Shown here: positions 20,259 through 29,613 of the stretch, piece after piece
How positions within the stretch are numbered: position 1 is the first letter of the stretch
Layout of the letters: each line of letters opens with the position of its first letter
Origin: an uncultured bacterium
Lineage (GTDB): Bacteria; Krumholzibacteriota; Krumholzibacteriia; Krumholzibacteriales; Krumholzibacteriaceae
DNA: 53,978 nucleotides
Assembly (NCBI GenBank): GCA_965371515.1
Contig: CBDUYR010000018.1
Span: forward strand, 1-53,978
Direction of reading: 5' to 3'
Made by a program: the position numbers and the translations under genes
Notes under the pieces: model-generated
The model's input: the letters and a program-made list of their open reading frames with translations, nothing else
What the model was told of the DNA's origin: nothing
Database searches by the model: none

Positions 20259-21266
20259 ATGGAAGAAAGAACGCTCGGCAGGACTGACATAAAGACATCT
20301 GTAATCGGATTCGGCGGCATCCCCATCCAGGGGCTCTCGTTCGCCGAGGCCGAGCGCGTTCTCCTTCACGCATTCGACAGCGGAATCGGTTTCTACGATA
20401 CGGCCCGGGGGTATACCGACAGCGAGGACAAGATCGGCCGTGCCCTCAAATCACACAGGGACTCGGTCTATATCGCCACGAAGGCGATGTCGAGGGACGC
20501 AGCGGGAATGAAGGGCGAACTCGAAGCGAGCCTGCGCAACCTCCGCACGGAGATGATAGACCTCTACCAGTTCCACGCGGTCGGGAACAGACAGCAGCTC
20601 GATAAAATACTCGGTCCGGGCGGCGCTTACGAGACACTGTCGAAGGCACGCGACGAGGGCAGTGTCCGCTGGATAGGAATAACGGGGCATTCGCGCGACA
20701 TCCTTCTCGAGGCGGCCGGCCTGGGCGTGTTCGACACGATCCAGCTTCCCTTCAACGCGATAGAGACGGAGTGGGAGGACAGGGTCCTTCCCGCAGCACA
20801 CGCCGCGGGAATGGGAACGCTCGGGATGAAGCCGGTCGCGGGCGGCGCCCTCGCGGACGTCCCGCCGGCAATCAGGTTCACCCTCACACGCGGGATCGAC
20901 ATCTCGATCCCCGGCATGGACTCCGTCGAGCAGGTCGACGAGAACATAGCGGCGGGCGATCTGAAGCCGCCCTCTCCCGGGGAACTCGAAGCCCTGTCGA
21001 AGGAGAAGGAGGCGTGGGGCGAGCTCTTCTGCCGCAGGTGCGGTTACTGCATGCCCTGCCCGTCAGGCCTCAACATACCTTTCCTCCTTCTTATCGAGGG
21101 GTACTACAACCGTTACGAGCTGAAGGACTGGGCAGTGTCGAGGCTTGATACGCTGGAGATGAAGTACAGCGACTGCACGGAATGCGGCGACTGCCTCGAA
21201 AAATGCCCGTACAACCTGCCGATACCCGAACTTATGAAACGAGCCGAACGGCTTTTGGAAAAATGA
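20259..21266 (+). CDS. Aldo/keto reductase with C-terminal 4Fe-4S dicluster domain
   Basis: GFGGIPIQ, DTARGY, IATK, IDLYQFH; CRRCGYCMPCP and CTECGDCLEKCP. Confidence 0.92.
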   Translation: MEERTLGRTDIKTSVIGFGGIPIQGLSFAEAERVLLHAFDSGIGFYDTARGYTDSEDKIGRALKSHRDSVYIATKAMSRDAAGMKGELEASLRNLRTEMIDLYQFHAVGNRQQLDKILGPGGAYETLSKARDEGSVRWIGITGHSRDILLEAAGLGVFDTIQLPFNAIETEWEDRVLPAAHAAGMGTLGMKPVAGGALADVPPAIRFTLTRGIDISIPGMDSVEQVDENIAAGDLKPPSPGELEALSKEKEAWGELFCRRCGYCMPCPSGLNIPFLLLIEGYYNRYELKDWAVSRLDTLEMKYSDCTECGDCLEKCPYNLPIPELMKRAERLLEK

Positions 21267-21325
21267 CATAGCGATTCCGGACGCGCCGATGGCATGTATC
21301 TTGTAGGTGCCCGATAAAAAACCTG

Positions 21326-21356
21326 TTGACAGCAACGAGAATGCTGGATGTAAAAT
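21326..21356 (+). promoter_or_regulatory. Candidate sigma70 promoter with 19-bp spacer
   Basis: TTGACA-19 nt-TAAAAT; inverted repeat CAGCA-N7-TGCTG overlaps the -35 box and spacer. Confidence 0.35.
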
Positions 21357-21593
21357 GGCGATTGTATGAGGAGATTCCGCGCGCGGCGGGCTTTTACTGC
21401 TAGTCGGGCCGCGCACAGATACTGATGGAAAACGGCGGCAGCTGACAGAGATCCTGCCTCGCCGGGAAGTTTTGATTGCCCCGGGGAGAGAGGGGGGAGA
21501 TCGAAGTATACGTTTGAGACAGATCGAAGTTTCCGGCGCGGCAGTGTGCCGTTCCGGATCAGATAGAGCGTTCAACTATCGGGAGGATCCAAT

Positions 21594-22163
21594 ATGAAGA
21601 GATATCTAATGATTTCGCTCGCGGTGCTTCTGTTCTCGACCGCGGCATCCGCGCAGACGAACGGTTACCTGGGCCTGTTCATGGACACCGAACGCACCAC
21701 ATGGTGCGGCGCTGCCTCTGCGATTCCGGGGAACTTCACCTGTTACATCTACGCCCTTCCCAATGTCGACGGTATGTTCTGTGCGGAGTTCAAGTTACAG
21801 ATGCCCGATGACCCCACGCTTTTCACGGGAACGATCATCCCCAATCCCGGCTGGGGTGTAATCCTGGGTGATCCTGTCACGGGCGTGAGCTTCTGTTTCG
21901 AATTTTGCCAGACCGACTGGGTCCAGCTCTACTCAGTGATGCTGGTGACCACGAGCGCGAACGCGAACATTGTCCAGATCGTCGCGCATCCCGATGCGGG
22001 CGGCCCGTGGATGGCCAGCTGTGAAGAACCGATGCGCCCTATGTACCCTGCCGTGGCATTCACCAACCTGTACGTCAACTACGATGGCAGCGAGCCGGAG
22101 TGCGGCGAAACAGCGACCGCGGAGAGGACCTGGGGAGCGATCAAGAGCATGTACACGGAATAG
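21594..22163 (+). CDS. Secreted Cys-containing protein with a C-terminal TWGAIKSMY motif
   Basis: GGGAGG RBS; signal peptide ending ASA; 7 Cys; ends ATAERTWGAIKSMYTE; followed by a strong terminator. Confidence 0.85.
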   Translation: MKRYLMISLAVLLFSTAASAQTNGYLGLFMDTERTTWCGAASAIPGNFTCYIYALPNVDGMFCAEFKLQMPDDPTLFTGTIIPNPGWGVILGDPVTGVSFCFEFCQTDWVQLYSVMLVTTSANANIVQIVAHPDAGGPWMASCEEPMRPMYPAVAFTNLYVNYDGSEPECGETATAERTWGAIKSMYTE

Positions 22164-22190
22164 TCCTCGTCTCTGAAAGTCCGAAAACAG

Positions 22191-22223
22191 AAGAGGGGCC
22201 GGGATGACCCGGCCCCTCTTTTT
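22191..22223. terminator. Intrinsic terminator, probably bidirectional
   Basis: AAGAGGGGCCGGG-ATGA-CCCGGCCCCTCTT then TTT, between convergent genes. Confidence 0.9.
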
Positions 22224-22247
22224 GTGCCCTGTCTATCCGAAGGAGAA

Positions 22248-23168
22248 TTATTTCTCCGCCTCGCTGAACCCCTCGATCAACGCCACCGTTTCCCCGGCAA
22301 GGGTATCGGCCGCCTTCGAGCCGGCCTCGAATCCCGTGACGACGCCCATGAACCTTCCGTAGATGAAGGCCTTTACCGCCCCCCGGTATGGCGCCTCTCC
22401 ATCGGCCACGGAATACTTCATCTTCCCCGATCCGGCCTCGCCTGCCGAGACCCCGAGCTCGCCCGCATACCAGCCGAAGATCGCGGCAGCGGCCTCGCCC
22501 GACTCGAGGGGAAATATGTACAGCTTGCCCTTCTCGCCGCCGACGGTGTATTCGCCCGAGAATGCCGGCGGCAGCTTGCCGCTGCCCATCACTCCCTCGC
22601 TCACGTAGGTCACGCTCTTTTCTACTAGCCCGCCGCGGGGGAAGAGGGACGTCTCCGCGGGCTCGCCTCCCTCGTCGGGGATCCTCCCCGCCACGATACC
22701 GGAGAACTCCTTCATCGCCGCGCTGCTCTTCTCCCCTTCCTCGTAGGCGTAGACCTTCACGTAAAAGCGCCCTTTCCAGAAATGGAGCGAATACTCGTCT
22801 CCGAACGCCTCGTTGCCGATATCGAGGTACAAACCGTCGGGGCTGCGGAACTGCGAATATATACCGAAGGTCATCAGGGAGCTTCCGTGTTCGTATATCT
22901 CGACCTTTATCTCGAGATCGGCGCCGTCGATGTAATGCTGCGCCGCGACCTCACGGAAGTCGTACATGAGGAAGGACTCGGCCTGGCCGTTGATATATTC
23001 CCATAGATCGCCGGGTCCGTAAAAAAGCGTCTCCCCGTCTTTCTTCCAGCCCTCGAGATCATCTTCCCCGGGGAGCAGCCCCGCCGGCGAGACCTCGCCG
23101 GCGCATGCCCCTGCCCATGACAGGGAAGCCAGCAGCAGGGCCGCCGGCAGCAATATCGCGCGTTTCAT
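22248..23168 (-). CDS. DUF6599-like exported protein
   Basis: Signal peptide; GW......Y.P.DLWEYING.AE.F..YDF pattern; FWKGRFYVKV. Confidence 0.65.
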   Translation of the reverse strand: MKRAILLPAALLLASLSWAGACAGEVSPAGLLPGEDDLEGWKKDGETLFYGPGDLWEYINGQAESFLMYDFREVAAQHYIDGADLEIKVEIYEHGSSLMTFGIYSQFRSPDGLYLDIGNEAFGDEYSLHFWKGRFYVKVYAYEEGEKSSAAMKEFSGIVAGRIPDEGGEPAETSLFPRGGLVEKSVTYVSEGVMGSGKLPPAFSGEYTVGGEKGKLYIFPLESGEAAAAIFGWYAGELGVSAGEAGSGKMKYSVADGEAPYRGAVKAFIYGRFMGVVTGFEAGSKAADTLAGETVALIEGFSEAEK

Positions 23169-23273
23169 CCGTTCACCGCCTTGTTAAATCCTGTCCATTC
23201 CTGTATATTATAGATTCCAGGGCGTACTTTCGCCTTATAATTCTTGTTGAACGCATTTTTCAGCGGAGATGAC

Positions 23274-23702
23274 ATGGGGTTATTCAAGAGACTGCTCGGG
23301 CTGGAGACGAAGCCGGGAGAACCCGAGACCCTGCCCGACAAGATCTTCGATGAGACCATCGGTGAGCCGGATATGCCCATGTTCATCCTCTTCTTCAACC
23401 TGTGGTGTTCCGGGTGCCAGGTGATGAACGGACTGCTCAACGAGGTCGGGCCGGAGTATCTCGGGCGCGCGCGCTTTTACAAGATGGATGTGAACAAGAG
23501 CCCCCATGCAGTAACAGTGCTCGGCATCCGGGGAGTGCCGGTGCTGGCCGCCTTCTCCCCCGTAGGAGAGACCGACAGAATGGCGGGGCTGGTGAACATA
23601 ACGGAACTGAGAGGCTGGATCGAGAGCTGCCTTCCCGGAGAGGAAACGACGGCCGCACAAAACATATCAGATACGGATCAGGACAGGGGGCAAAGACAGT
23701 GA
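23274..23702 (+). CDS. Thioredoxin family protein
   Basis: FFNLWCSGC, FYKMDVN and GIRGVP (cis-Pro loop); ATG 23274 after GGAGA. Confidence 0.82.
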   Translation: MGLFKRLLGLETKPGEPETLPDKIFDETIGEPDMPMFILFFNLWCSGCQVMNGLLNEVGPEYLGRARFYKMDVNKSPHAVTVLGIRGVPVLAAFSPVGETDRMAGLVNITELRGWIESCLPGEETTAAQNISDTDQDRGQRQ

Positions 23703-24391
23703 GATTCTATTCAAGCATAGCCGCAGCGTTACTGCTGATCGCCGCGATGACGGCGCCCGCGGCCGCACAGGACAGCAACGTCTTCCTCAAGACTACGATC
23801 GGGGGAAGCTATCCCTTCATGCAGAACCTCAACAGCGAGCTCAAGTCGCAGGGGAGATGCGAGCTCACCACTGGATTGAGCTTCAGCATGTCGATCGGAA
23901 GGCTCTTTGCCAAGCGCAAGTGGGGCCTCGAACTCTGGTTCGACGTCGCCCGCTATCAGAGCTTCAAATACGAGAACGCCTACGAGAGCTTCGAGGGCGA
24001 AATGACACACTACAACTACATGCTCGTCGGCAAGAGGAACCTCTGGCCCTCGAACGATATCTTCAGGCCGTATCTCGGCGCAGGGTTCGGGTACGGATAT
24101 ACGAACATCTCGAGGGCGGGCGGGAAGCTTGACGGGCTTCAGGGGATGGTCCTCCTCCAGTTCGAGTCCCGTATCAAGGACAACATCACCATGTTCGTGG
24201 AGAGCACATTCCTGACGACCTTCGACAAAGACAAGTACGATTCATCCTTCCTCGAGAGCTCCAACTACGACGCGATCTTCGACAGCAACGGCGACCCGCT
24301 CGACGAGAGATTCACGTCGATCGACCTCAGGATCGGCATCATGGCCTGGCTCAAGCCGCCATCCAAGTACGGGGATTACCGGAAGAACTAG
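23699..24391 (+). CDS. Outer-membrane beta-barrel protein (OmpA/OmpW-like membrane domain)
   Basis: GTG overlaps the thioredoxin TGA; signal peptide ending AAA; FRPYLGAGFGY strand motif. Confidence 0.65.
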   Translation: MRFYSSIAAALLLIAAMTAPAAAQDSNVFLKTTIGGSYPFMQNLNSELKSQGRCELTTGLSFSMSIGRLFAKRKWGLELWFDVARYQSFKYENAYESFEGEMTHYNYMLVGKRNLWPSNDIFRPYLGAGFGYGYTNISRAGGKLDGLQGMVLLQFESRIKDNITMFVESTFLTTFDKDKYDSSFLESSNYDAIFDSNGDPLDERFTSIDLRIGIMAWLKPPSKYGDYRKN

Positions 24392-24398
24392 GCGGACA

Positions 24399-24911
24399 AT
24401 GAGAACCGTCATACCAGTCCTGTTCATCCTGTCCGGCATGCTTCTTCCCGGTGCATGCACCAGCGACGGTCGTTCGCAGCCAAAGCAGATCGGCGGATGC
24501 GCTTGCGACACTATTCCCATGGACATAGCCGTCACCATCTCCTGTGCTGACGCCTCGTCTCCCGTCAGGATCTCGATCCTCTCAGTCGAACGCGCGACGG
24601 ACGGGATTTACAGAGATGCGGCGTCCGGGCTCGTCTCGCTTCTCGATTCTCTGGGGGTCGGGATATGCGGCGTGCCTCAGTTCGTCGTTATCCGAGAAGG
24701 GCCCTGCTGGCCCCGCCACCGCATCGATATCAGGCTCGAGAAGGGATCGGAGAAGAGATTCCCCCTGATCAGGTCGGCCCTTGCGGGAGGCGTGCTGGCA
24801 GGATTGCGTCCCTCGGAGAATCGGCCGGAGGGCTACGGAACGTTTTTCGTACAGGCCGGAGTCGGATCTACCGATCGCTGGATTCTCTGGTACGACCGGT
24901 CGCGGCATTGA
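24399..24911 (+). CDS. Hypothetical lipoprotein
   Basis: Lipobox-like LPGAC; 7 bp after the upstream gene; 3' end overlaps the convergent rdhA-like gene by 44 bp. Confidence 0.5.
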   Translation: MRTVIPVLFILSGMLLPGACTSDGRSQPKQIGGCACDTIPMDIAVTISCADASSPVRISILSVERATDGIYRDAASGLVSLLDSLGVGICGVPQFVVIREGPCWPRHRIDIRLEKGSEKRFPLIRSALAGGVLAGLRPSENRPEGYGTFFVQAGVGSTDRWILWYDRSRH

Positions 24912-26079
24912 GCCAGCCGGGCAGCTTCGCCGGCCTGAACGTCGCCCCGTAGATGACATCGTCCCCGAGCACGAGAGCTCTCCTGATCCACGGCACATTC
25001 ACGGCCGCAGCGGCGACGCTTCTGTGGAAGATCTTGTCCGGCTTCGTCCAGGGACAGACTGTCTGGCAGATCGAGCAGGTATACCCCGTCTTCCCCCAGT
25101 AGAGCAGGCAGGCCTCGGGGTTCAGCTTCCATTTGCGCACCCCCCTGACCTCGATCATATCCCCCCTGGGAATCGCTCCCGATGGGCAGTTCGTCGCGCA
25201 CTTCTGGCATTTCGAGCAGAAATCCTGCATCCCCAGGTCAACCGGGCGATCATATGCGAGCGGCATGTCGGTCGTGATGGTAGCGAGCCTGAAATTCGCC
25301 CCGAGCTTGCGGCTGACGACATACCCGCACCGCGCGAGCTCGCCGATCCCCGCGTCTACCGCGACCGGGACGCACATGACGAGATAATTCCTCAGGTGAT
25401 GGGCCCTCGCCCGCCAGCCGAGCGCCCTGATGAACCGGGCGAGCTGGACAGAGACGAGCGACGAAAGTGCGTAGACCCTCCCCACCTCGAAATCGACCGC
25501 GCGGGTCGAACCGGTCGCCGTCATCGCCTTGTCCTGCCTGAAAGCCAGTGAGATGGCTGTCGGGTGGTCGAGCTCCAGGGAGTCGCCGTAGAGCCTCCCC
25601 CGGTAACCTTCCGGGATGCCCCGGAAGTATGGAGGATTGACATACCCCTCGCGGAAGAAGGGCCTCGAGCCCTTGTGCGAGTAGACCCATTCCTGCCGCA
25701 GGGGCCCTATGCGCACATCGTCGGCGCCCAGCGAGCGGGCAAACTCCTTTATCCGCGCCGACCCTTCGGCACGGCCCCATTCGATTCTCGAGGGTTCGGG
25801 CGTCCCGTCGACCATATCGGGCAGGGCAAGCGCCGCGGGCGGGATGAAGTGCGATTCGTAGACGGCCCTCGCCAGCTGGTCGACATCCTCCCCGCCATCC
25901 ATCTTCGATATGATGAACTTCGACAACTGGGCATCTACCTCGGCGAGATCCGGGTTCCGCCTGTGGTATTCGATCTCCCCGGGACTGCCCGGCATGAGGG
26001 CCTCCCTCGAAAAGACGGTGTCCCTCTCGTCGAATCTCGCGACTTCCCCGACGATCTCGTATGTGGGCTCATCAGCCAT
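24868..26079 (-). CDS. Reductive dehalogenase-like (RdhA/QueG superfamily) cobalamin/2x[4Fe-4S] protein, no TAT signal
   Basis: RFDERDT.F.R; IKEFARSLGADDVRIG; AVDAGIGELAR.G; RLATITTDMPL; FCSKCQKCATNCPSGAI; CLLYW..CSICQTVCPW. Confidence 0.8.
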   Translation of the reverse strand: MADEPTYEIVGEVARFDERDTVFSREALMPGSPGEIEYHRRNPDLAEVDAQLSKFIISKMDGGEDVDQLARAVYESHFIPPAALALPDMVDGTPEPSRIEWGRAEGSARIKEFARSLGADDVRIGPLRQEWVYSHKGSRPFFREGYVNPPYFRGIPEGYRGRLYGDSLELDHPTAISLAFRQDKAMTATGSTRAVDFEVGRVYALSSLVSVQLARFIRALGWRARAHHLRNYLVMCVPVAVDAGIGELARCGYVVSRKLGANFRLATITTDMPLAYDRPVDLGMQDFCSKCQKCATNCPSGAIPRGDMIEVRGVRKWKLNPEACLLYWGKTGYTCSICQTVCPWTKPDKIFHRSVAAAAVNVPWIRRALVLGDDVIYGATFRPAKLPGWLNAATGRTRESSDR

Positions 26080-26280
26080 TCACATTCTCCTGTTGATTCA
26101 GTAACTTTTTTAATCATAAGGGATTCCCGCAGTCGCGGCCAATTGTTTTTTTACTCATTTCCTTTCTATAAACAGTTGAATTTTTCCGGTATTTCGGTTA
26201 TTTTCCAGTAACTATGTTTCAACCACTGATTATCGCAACTGCGCATTCAATACATTCAGAAAACCGGGAGGGACCCTGAT

Positions 26281-28059
26281 ATGGAGATGCTTCTGTCCGG
26301 AAACGAGGCTCTTGCGCGCGGCGTATTCGAATACGGCGGCGAGTTCGCCTCCGCTTACCCGGGGACGCCGAGCACCGAGATACTTCAGACGATCGCCAGG
26401 TACTTCAAGGACGACGTCTATGCCGAGTGGGCTATCAACGAGAAGGTCGCCCTCGAGGTCGCTGTCGGCGCCAGCTGGGGTGGGGCGAGGTCGATAGCCG
26501 TCATGAAGCATGTCGGCGTCAATGTCGCGGCCGATCCGCTCATGTCGCTGACATACACCGGCGTCGGCGCGGGCATGATCCTCGTAAGCGCCGACGATCC
26601 GAGCCTCCACTCGTCCCAGAACGAACAGGACAACCGCTACTACGGCAAGTTCGCTTCTATTCCCGTCCTCGAGCCGTCCGACAGCCAGGAAGCGAAGGAT
26701 TTCGTCAAGGCGTCCTTCGAGATCAGCGAGCAATTCGATACTCCGGTCCTTCTCCGCATCACGACCCGCATCTCACACTCGAAGGGCATCGTCGAGATCG
26801 GCGACCGCGAGACGGCCGAGAACAAAGGGTTCGAGCGCAATATCTCGAAATACGTCATGATGCCCGCCTATGCGGCCAAGCGCCACAAGATCGTCATCGA
26901 AAGGCTCGAGAAACTCAAGGAATACGCCGAGACGACCGACCTCAACCGGATCGAGTGGAACAACAAAGACGTCGGCATCATCACCGGCAGCATCTCGTAC
27001 CAGCACGTGAAAGAGGCGATGCCGGATGCGAGCATCCTCAAACTCGGCATGGGCTATCCCCTGCCGATGAAGAAGATCGCGAGCTTCGCCGCCGAGGTGA
27101 AGAACCTCTTCGTCGTCGAGGAGCTGGAACCCTTCTACGAGGAGCAGATCAAGGCCGCGGGGATCGCGGTCGAGGGAAAGAAATACTTCTCGAATCACCT
27201 TGAGCTCAACGTCGACCGCGTCCGTGACGGCTTCATCGAGGCGGGCCTTCTCGACGCGTCGGTCAAATCCTCGACCGCCGCCGCCGAGCCGGAGGAGGTC
27301 CTTCCCCGGCCGCCTGTACTCTGCTCGGGATGCCCGCACAGGGGCATGATCGTGGCGATGAAGAAGCTCAAGCTCTACACGAACGGCGATATCGGCTGCT
27401 ACACCCTCGGGGCGGTCCCACCGCTCAGCCAGATCGACACCTGTCTCTGCATGGGCGCGTCGATCGGGCATTCCTTCGGAATAACGAAGGCTGGCAAGAG
27501 CGATGGCAAATTCGTCTCCCTCATAGGAGACAGCACATTCCTCCACAGCGGCATCACTTCGCTCGCGTCGGCCGTCTACAACAAGGCGACCACGACGAAC
27601 ATCATCGTCGACAACAGGATCACGGCGATGACCGGCGGCCAGGACAATCCGTCGACGTCAAAAACCCTGATGGGCGAAGAAACAAACGCCGTCGATCTCA
27701 AGGCGATCTGCAGGGCCGTCGGCGTGGAACACGTCCGCGAGGTCGACCCGTATGATCTCGAGGAGACGATCAGCGTCCTCAAGGAAGAGACCGAGCGGGA
27801 AGCCTGCTCTGTCATCATCACGAACAGGCCGTGCATGCTCTTCCCTTCGAAGATCAAGGACGAGCCTTATACCGTAATCCTGGAGAAGTGCACCGCCTGC
27901 GGGCTGTGCTTCGGAGTCGGCTGCCCGTCGATCTCGGCAAGCGCCGAGAAGAATGAAAAGGGCAAGCCGAAATCCGAGATAGACCCGATCACATGCACCG
28001 GCTGCACCATATGCGCACAGGTCTGCCCGGCGGGCGCCATCGTCTCGCTCGAGCAGTAG
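26281..28059 (+). CDS. iorA: Indolepyruvate:ferredoxin oxidoreductase alpha subunit
   Basis: GNEALARG, YPGTPSTE, NEKVALE, MKHVGVNVAADP, SSQNEQD, RPPVLCSGCPH, DIGCYTLG, IGDSTF; two C-terminal 4Fe-4S motifs. Confidence 0.96.
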   Translation: MEMLLSGNEALARGVFEYGGEFASAYPGTPSTEILQTIARYFKDDVYAEWAINEKVALEVAVGASWGGARSIAVMKHVGVNVAADPLMSLTYTGVGAGMILVSADDPSLHSSQNEQDNRYYGKFASIPVLEPSDSQEAKDFVKASFEISEQFDTPVLLRITTRISHSKGIVEIGDRETAENKGFERNISKYVMMPAYAAKRHKIVIERLEKLKEYAETTDLNRIEWNNKDVGIITGSISYQHVKEAMPDASILKLGMGYPLPMKKIASFAAEVKNLFVVEELEPFYEEQIKAAGIAVEGKKYFSNHLELNVDRVRDGFIEAGLLDASVKSSTAAAEPEEVLPRPPVLCSGCPHRGMIVAMKKLKLYTNGDIGCYTLGAVPPLSQIDTCLCMGASIGHSFGITKAGKSDGKFVSLIGDSTFLHSGITSLASAVYNKATTTNIIVDNRITAMTGGQDNPSTSKTLMGEETNAVDLKAICRAVGVEHVREVDPYDLEETISVLKEETEREACSVIITNRPCMLFPSKIKDEPYTVILEKCTACGLCFGVGCPSISASAEKNEKGKPKSEIDPITCTGCTICAQVCPAGAIVSLEQ

Positions 28060-28089
28060 GGCCAGCCCTGGAAAGGAGTATTACGAGTA

Positions 28090-28668
28090 ATGAAGAACGG
28101 AATCACAAACGTATTGATCGTCGGCGTTGGAGGACAGGGTGTACTCCTCGCCAGTGAGATCCTGTGCGAGGTGGCGAAGATCATGGGGCTTGACGCCAAG
28201 AAGAGCGAGGTCCACGGCATGTCCCAGCGCGGCGGTGTGGTTACGAGCCACATCCGTTTCGGCGAAAAGATCTATTCGCCGCTGATCCCCTCGGGGGAAT
28301 CGGACGTCATCCTTGCCTTTGAGTTGTCCGAGGGCCTCAGGTGGGTCCACGAGCTCGCCGAGGGCGGCACCTTCATCGTGAACGACCACAAGCTCGTCCC
28401 GCCGATCACCGCCACCGGGAAATTCTTCTACCCCGAGGACGCGATGGACAGGATAAAAGCCCGGGTGCCTGGGGCGAAGCTCGTCGAGGCGACCGATATC
28501 GCGAAGGAACTGGGCAATCCCAGGCTGGTCAACACGATCCTTCTCGGCGTAATGTCGCAGTCGCTCGAGCTGGCGGAGGACAAATGGCTCGATGTGATCG
28601 AGCGCATGGCCCCGAAAGGCACGGGAGAGTTGAATAAAAAGGCCTTTCTCGCAGGCAGGTCTGTTTGA
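28090..28668 (+). CDS. iorB: Indolepyruvate:ferredoxin oxidoreductase beta subunit
   Basis: GVGGQGVLLAS, SEVHGMSQRGGVV.SH.RFG and N.KAF motifs. Confidence 0.96.
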   Translation: MKNGITNVLIVGVGGQGVLLASEILCEVAKIMGLDAKKSEVHGMSQRGGVVTSHIRFGEKIYSPLIPSGESDVILAFELSEGLRWVHELAEGGTFIVNDHKLVPPITATGKFFYPEDAMDRIKARVPGAKLVEATDIAKELGNPRLVNTILLGVMSQSLELAEDKWLDVIERMAPKGTGELNKKAFLAGRSV

Positions 28669-28737
28669 CAATTGGATACCTGGGGTAATCGCTGGAGAGA
28701 TCAGAATGATTGAACGGTTTTATAAGGAGGGGTTTCC

Positions 28738-29001
28738 ATGAACCGGTCTTTACCTGTTAATTGGAGAGTCGTTTACGCTTTTACGCTTCTATTATTTTTG
28801 CTGCAAGCTTGTTCCTGCTCGGATGATTCAGTAAAGCCAACGCCGCCGCCCGAGTCACCACAGAGGTGTGAATGGTTCTGGCAGAATCCATTGCCAACGG
28901 GCAACCAGCTCTTAAGCGTATCATTCGTGGATGAAAATACGGGCACGGTCGTGGGACTGCACGGCACGATCCTTCGGACGACAAATTGTGGAACAAAATA
29001 A
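28738..29001 (+). pseudogene. Truncated YCF48/BNR-like propeller lipoprotein, one repeat only
   Basis: AAGGAGG RBS; LLQAC lipobox; WQNPLPTGNQLLSVSFVDENTGTVVGLHGTILRTTNCG then stop; visibly more AT-rich than flanks. Confidence 0.55.
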
Positions 29002-29022
29002 TCGTCCGGAAGGCATAGAAAC

Positions 29023-29044
29023 GGGCGGCCCATCCGGGCCGCCC
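29023..29044. terminator. Terminator hairpin at the end of the hydrogenase operon
   Basis: GGGCGGCCC-ATCC-GGGCCGCCC between convergent genes; minus-strand tail GTTTCT. Confidence 0.7.
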
Positions 29045-29073
29045 TCATAATAATCACTTCATTCAAACCTATG

Positions 29074-29544
29074 TCACTCCGCCGCCTTCACCAGAATCTC
29101 GGCCAGCCTCTCCACACCCGCCGCGACTTCCTCGCAGAGCCCTTCTCCGACCTCTATCGACACTGGCTGTATCCCCACGAGCAGGGCGTCCCCGTTCCAC
29201 TCTTTTTTCAGGAACCTGATCATGTAGTGCAGGGAAAGGTGATGCGTACTCGTCGCCGATTCCATCATTTTTTCGAGCTCCACAATCCTTACCTCTCCCG
29301 GTGCGCCCCCGAAATCTACGGCGTCGACGTAGACCACAGCCTCTAGATCGCGCCTCTCCACCCAGCCTCCGTAATTCTCGGGGACCTCGGCGCAGTCCAC
29401 GATCGGCATCGGGAAATCTCCGCCGATCTTCTCGACGACCATACAGCCGGCTCCATCATCTCCCCTTATGACGTTTCCGATCCCGACCACTCCGAAGCGT
29501 TTCCCCTTCAGCCTCGCGAGCAGTTCCTTTTCCAGGTCTTTCAT
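29074..29544 (-). CDS. hycI: Hydrogenase maturation endopeptidase (HycI-like)
   Basis: GIGNVIRGDDGAG, PENY, VDAVDFG..PG, STHHLSL and LVGIQP motifs. Confidence 0.92.
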   Translation of the reverse strand: MKDLEKELLARLKGKRFGVVGIGNVIRGDDGAGCMVVEKIGGDFPMPIVDCAEVPENYGGWVERRDLEAVVYVDAVDFGGAPGEVRIVELEKMMESATSTHHLSLHYMIRFLKKEWNGDALLVGIQPVSIEVGEGLCEEVAAGVERLAEILVKAAE

Positions 29545-29566
29545 CCCGTTCCTCCCGTCCTTGCCA

Positions 29567-29590
29567 AGAAAAAGGCCCCTGAGGGGCCTT
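29567..29590 (-). terminator. Intra-operon terminator-like hairpin upstream of hycI
   Basis: Minus strand AAGGCCCC-TCA-GGGGCCTT followed by TTTCTT. Confidence 0.6.
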
Positions 29591-29613
29591 GAAAGATCGA
29601 ATGCAGTCCGCGA

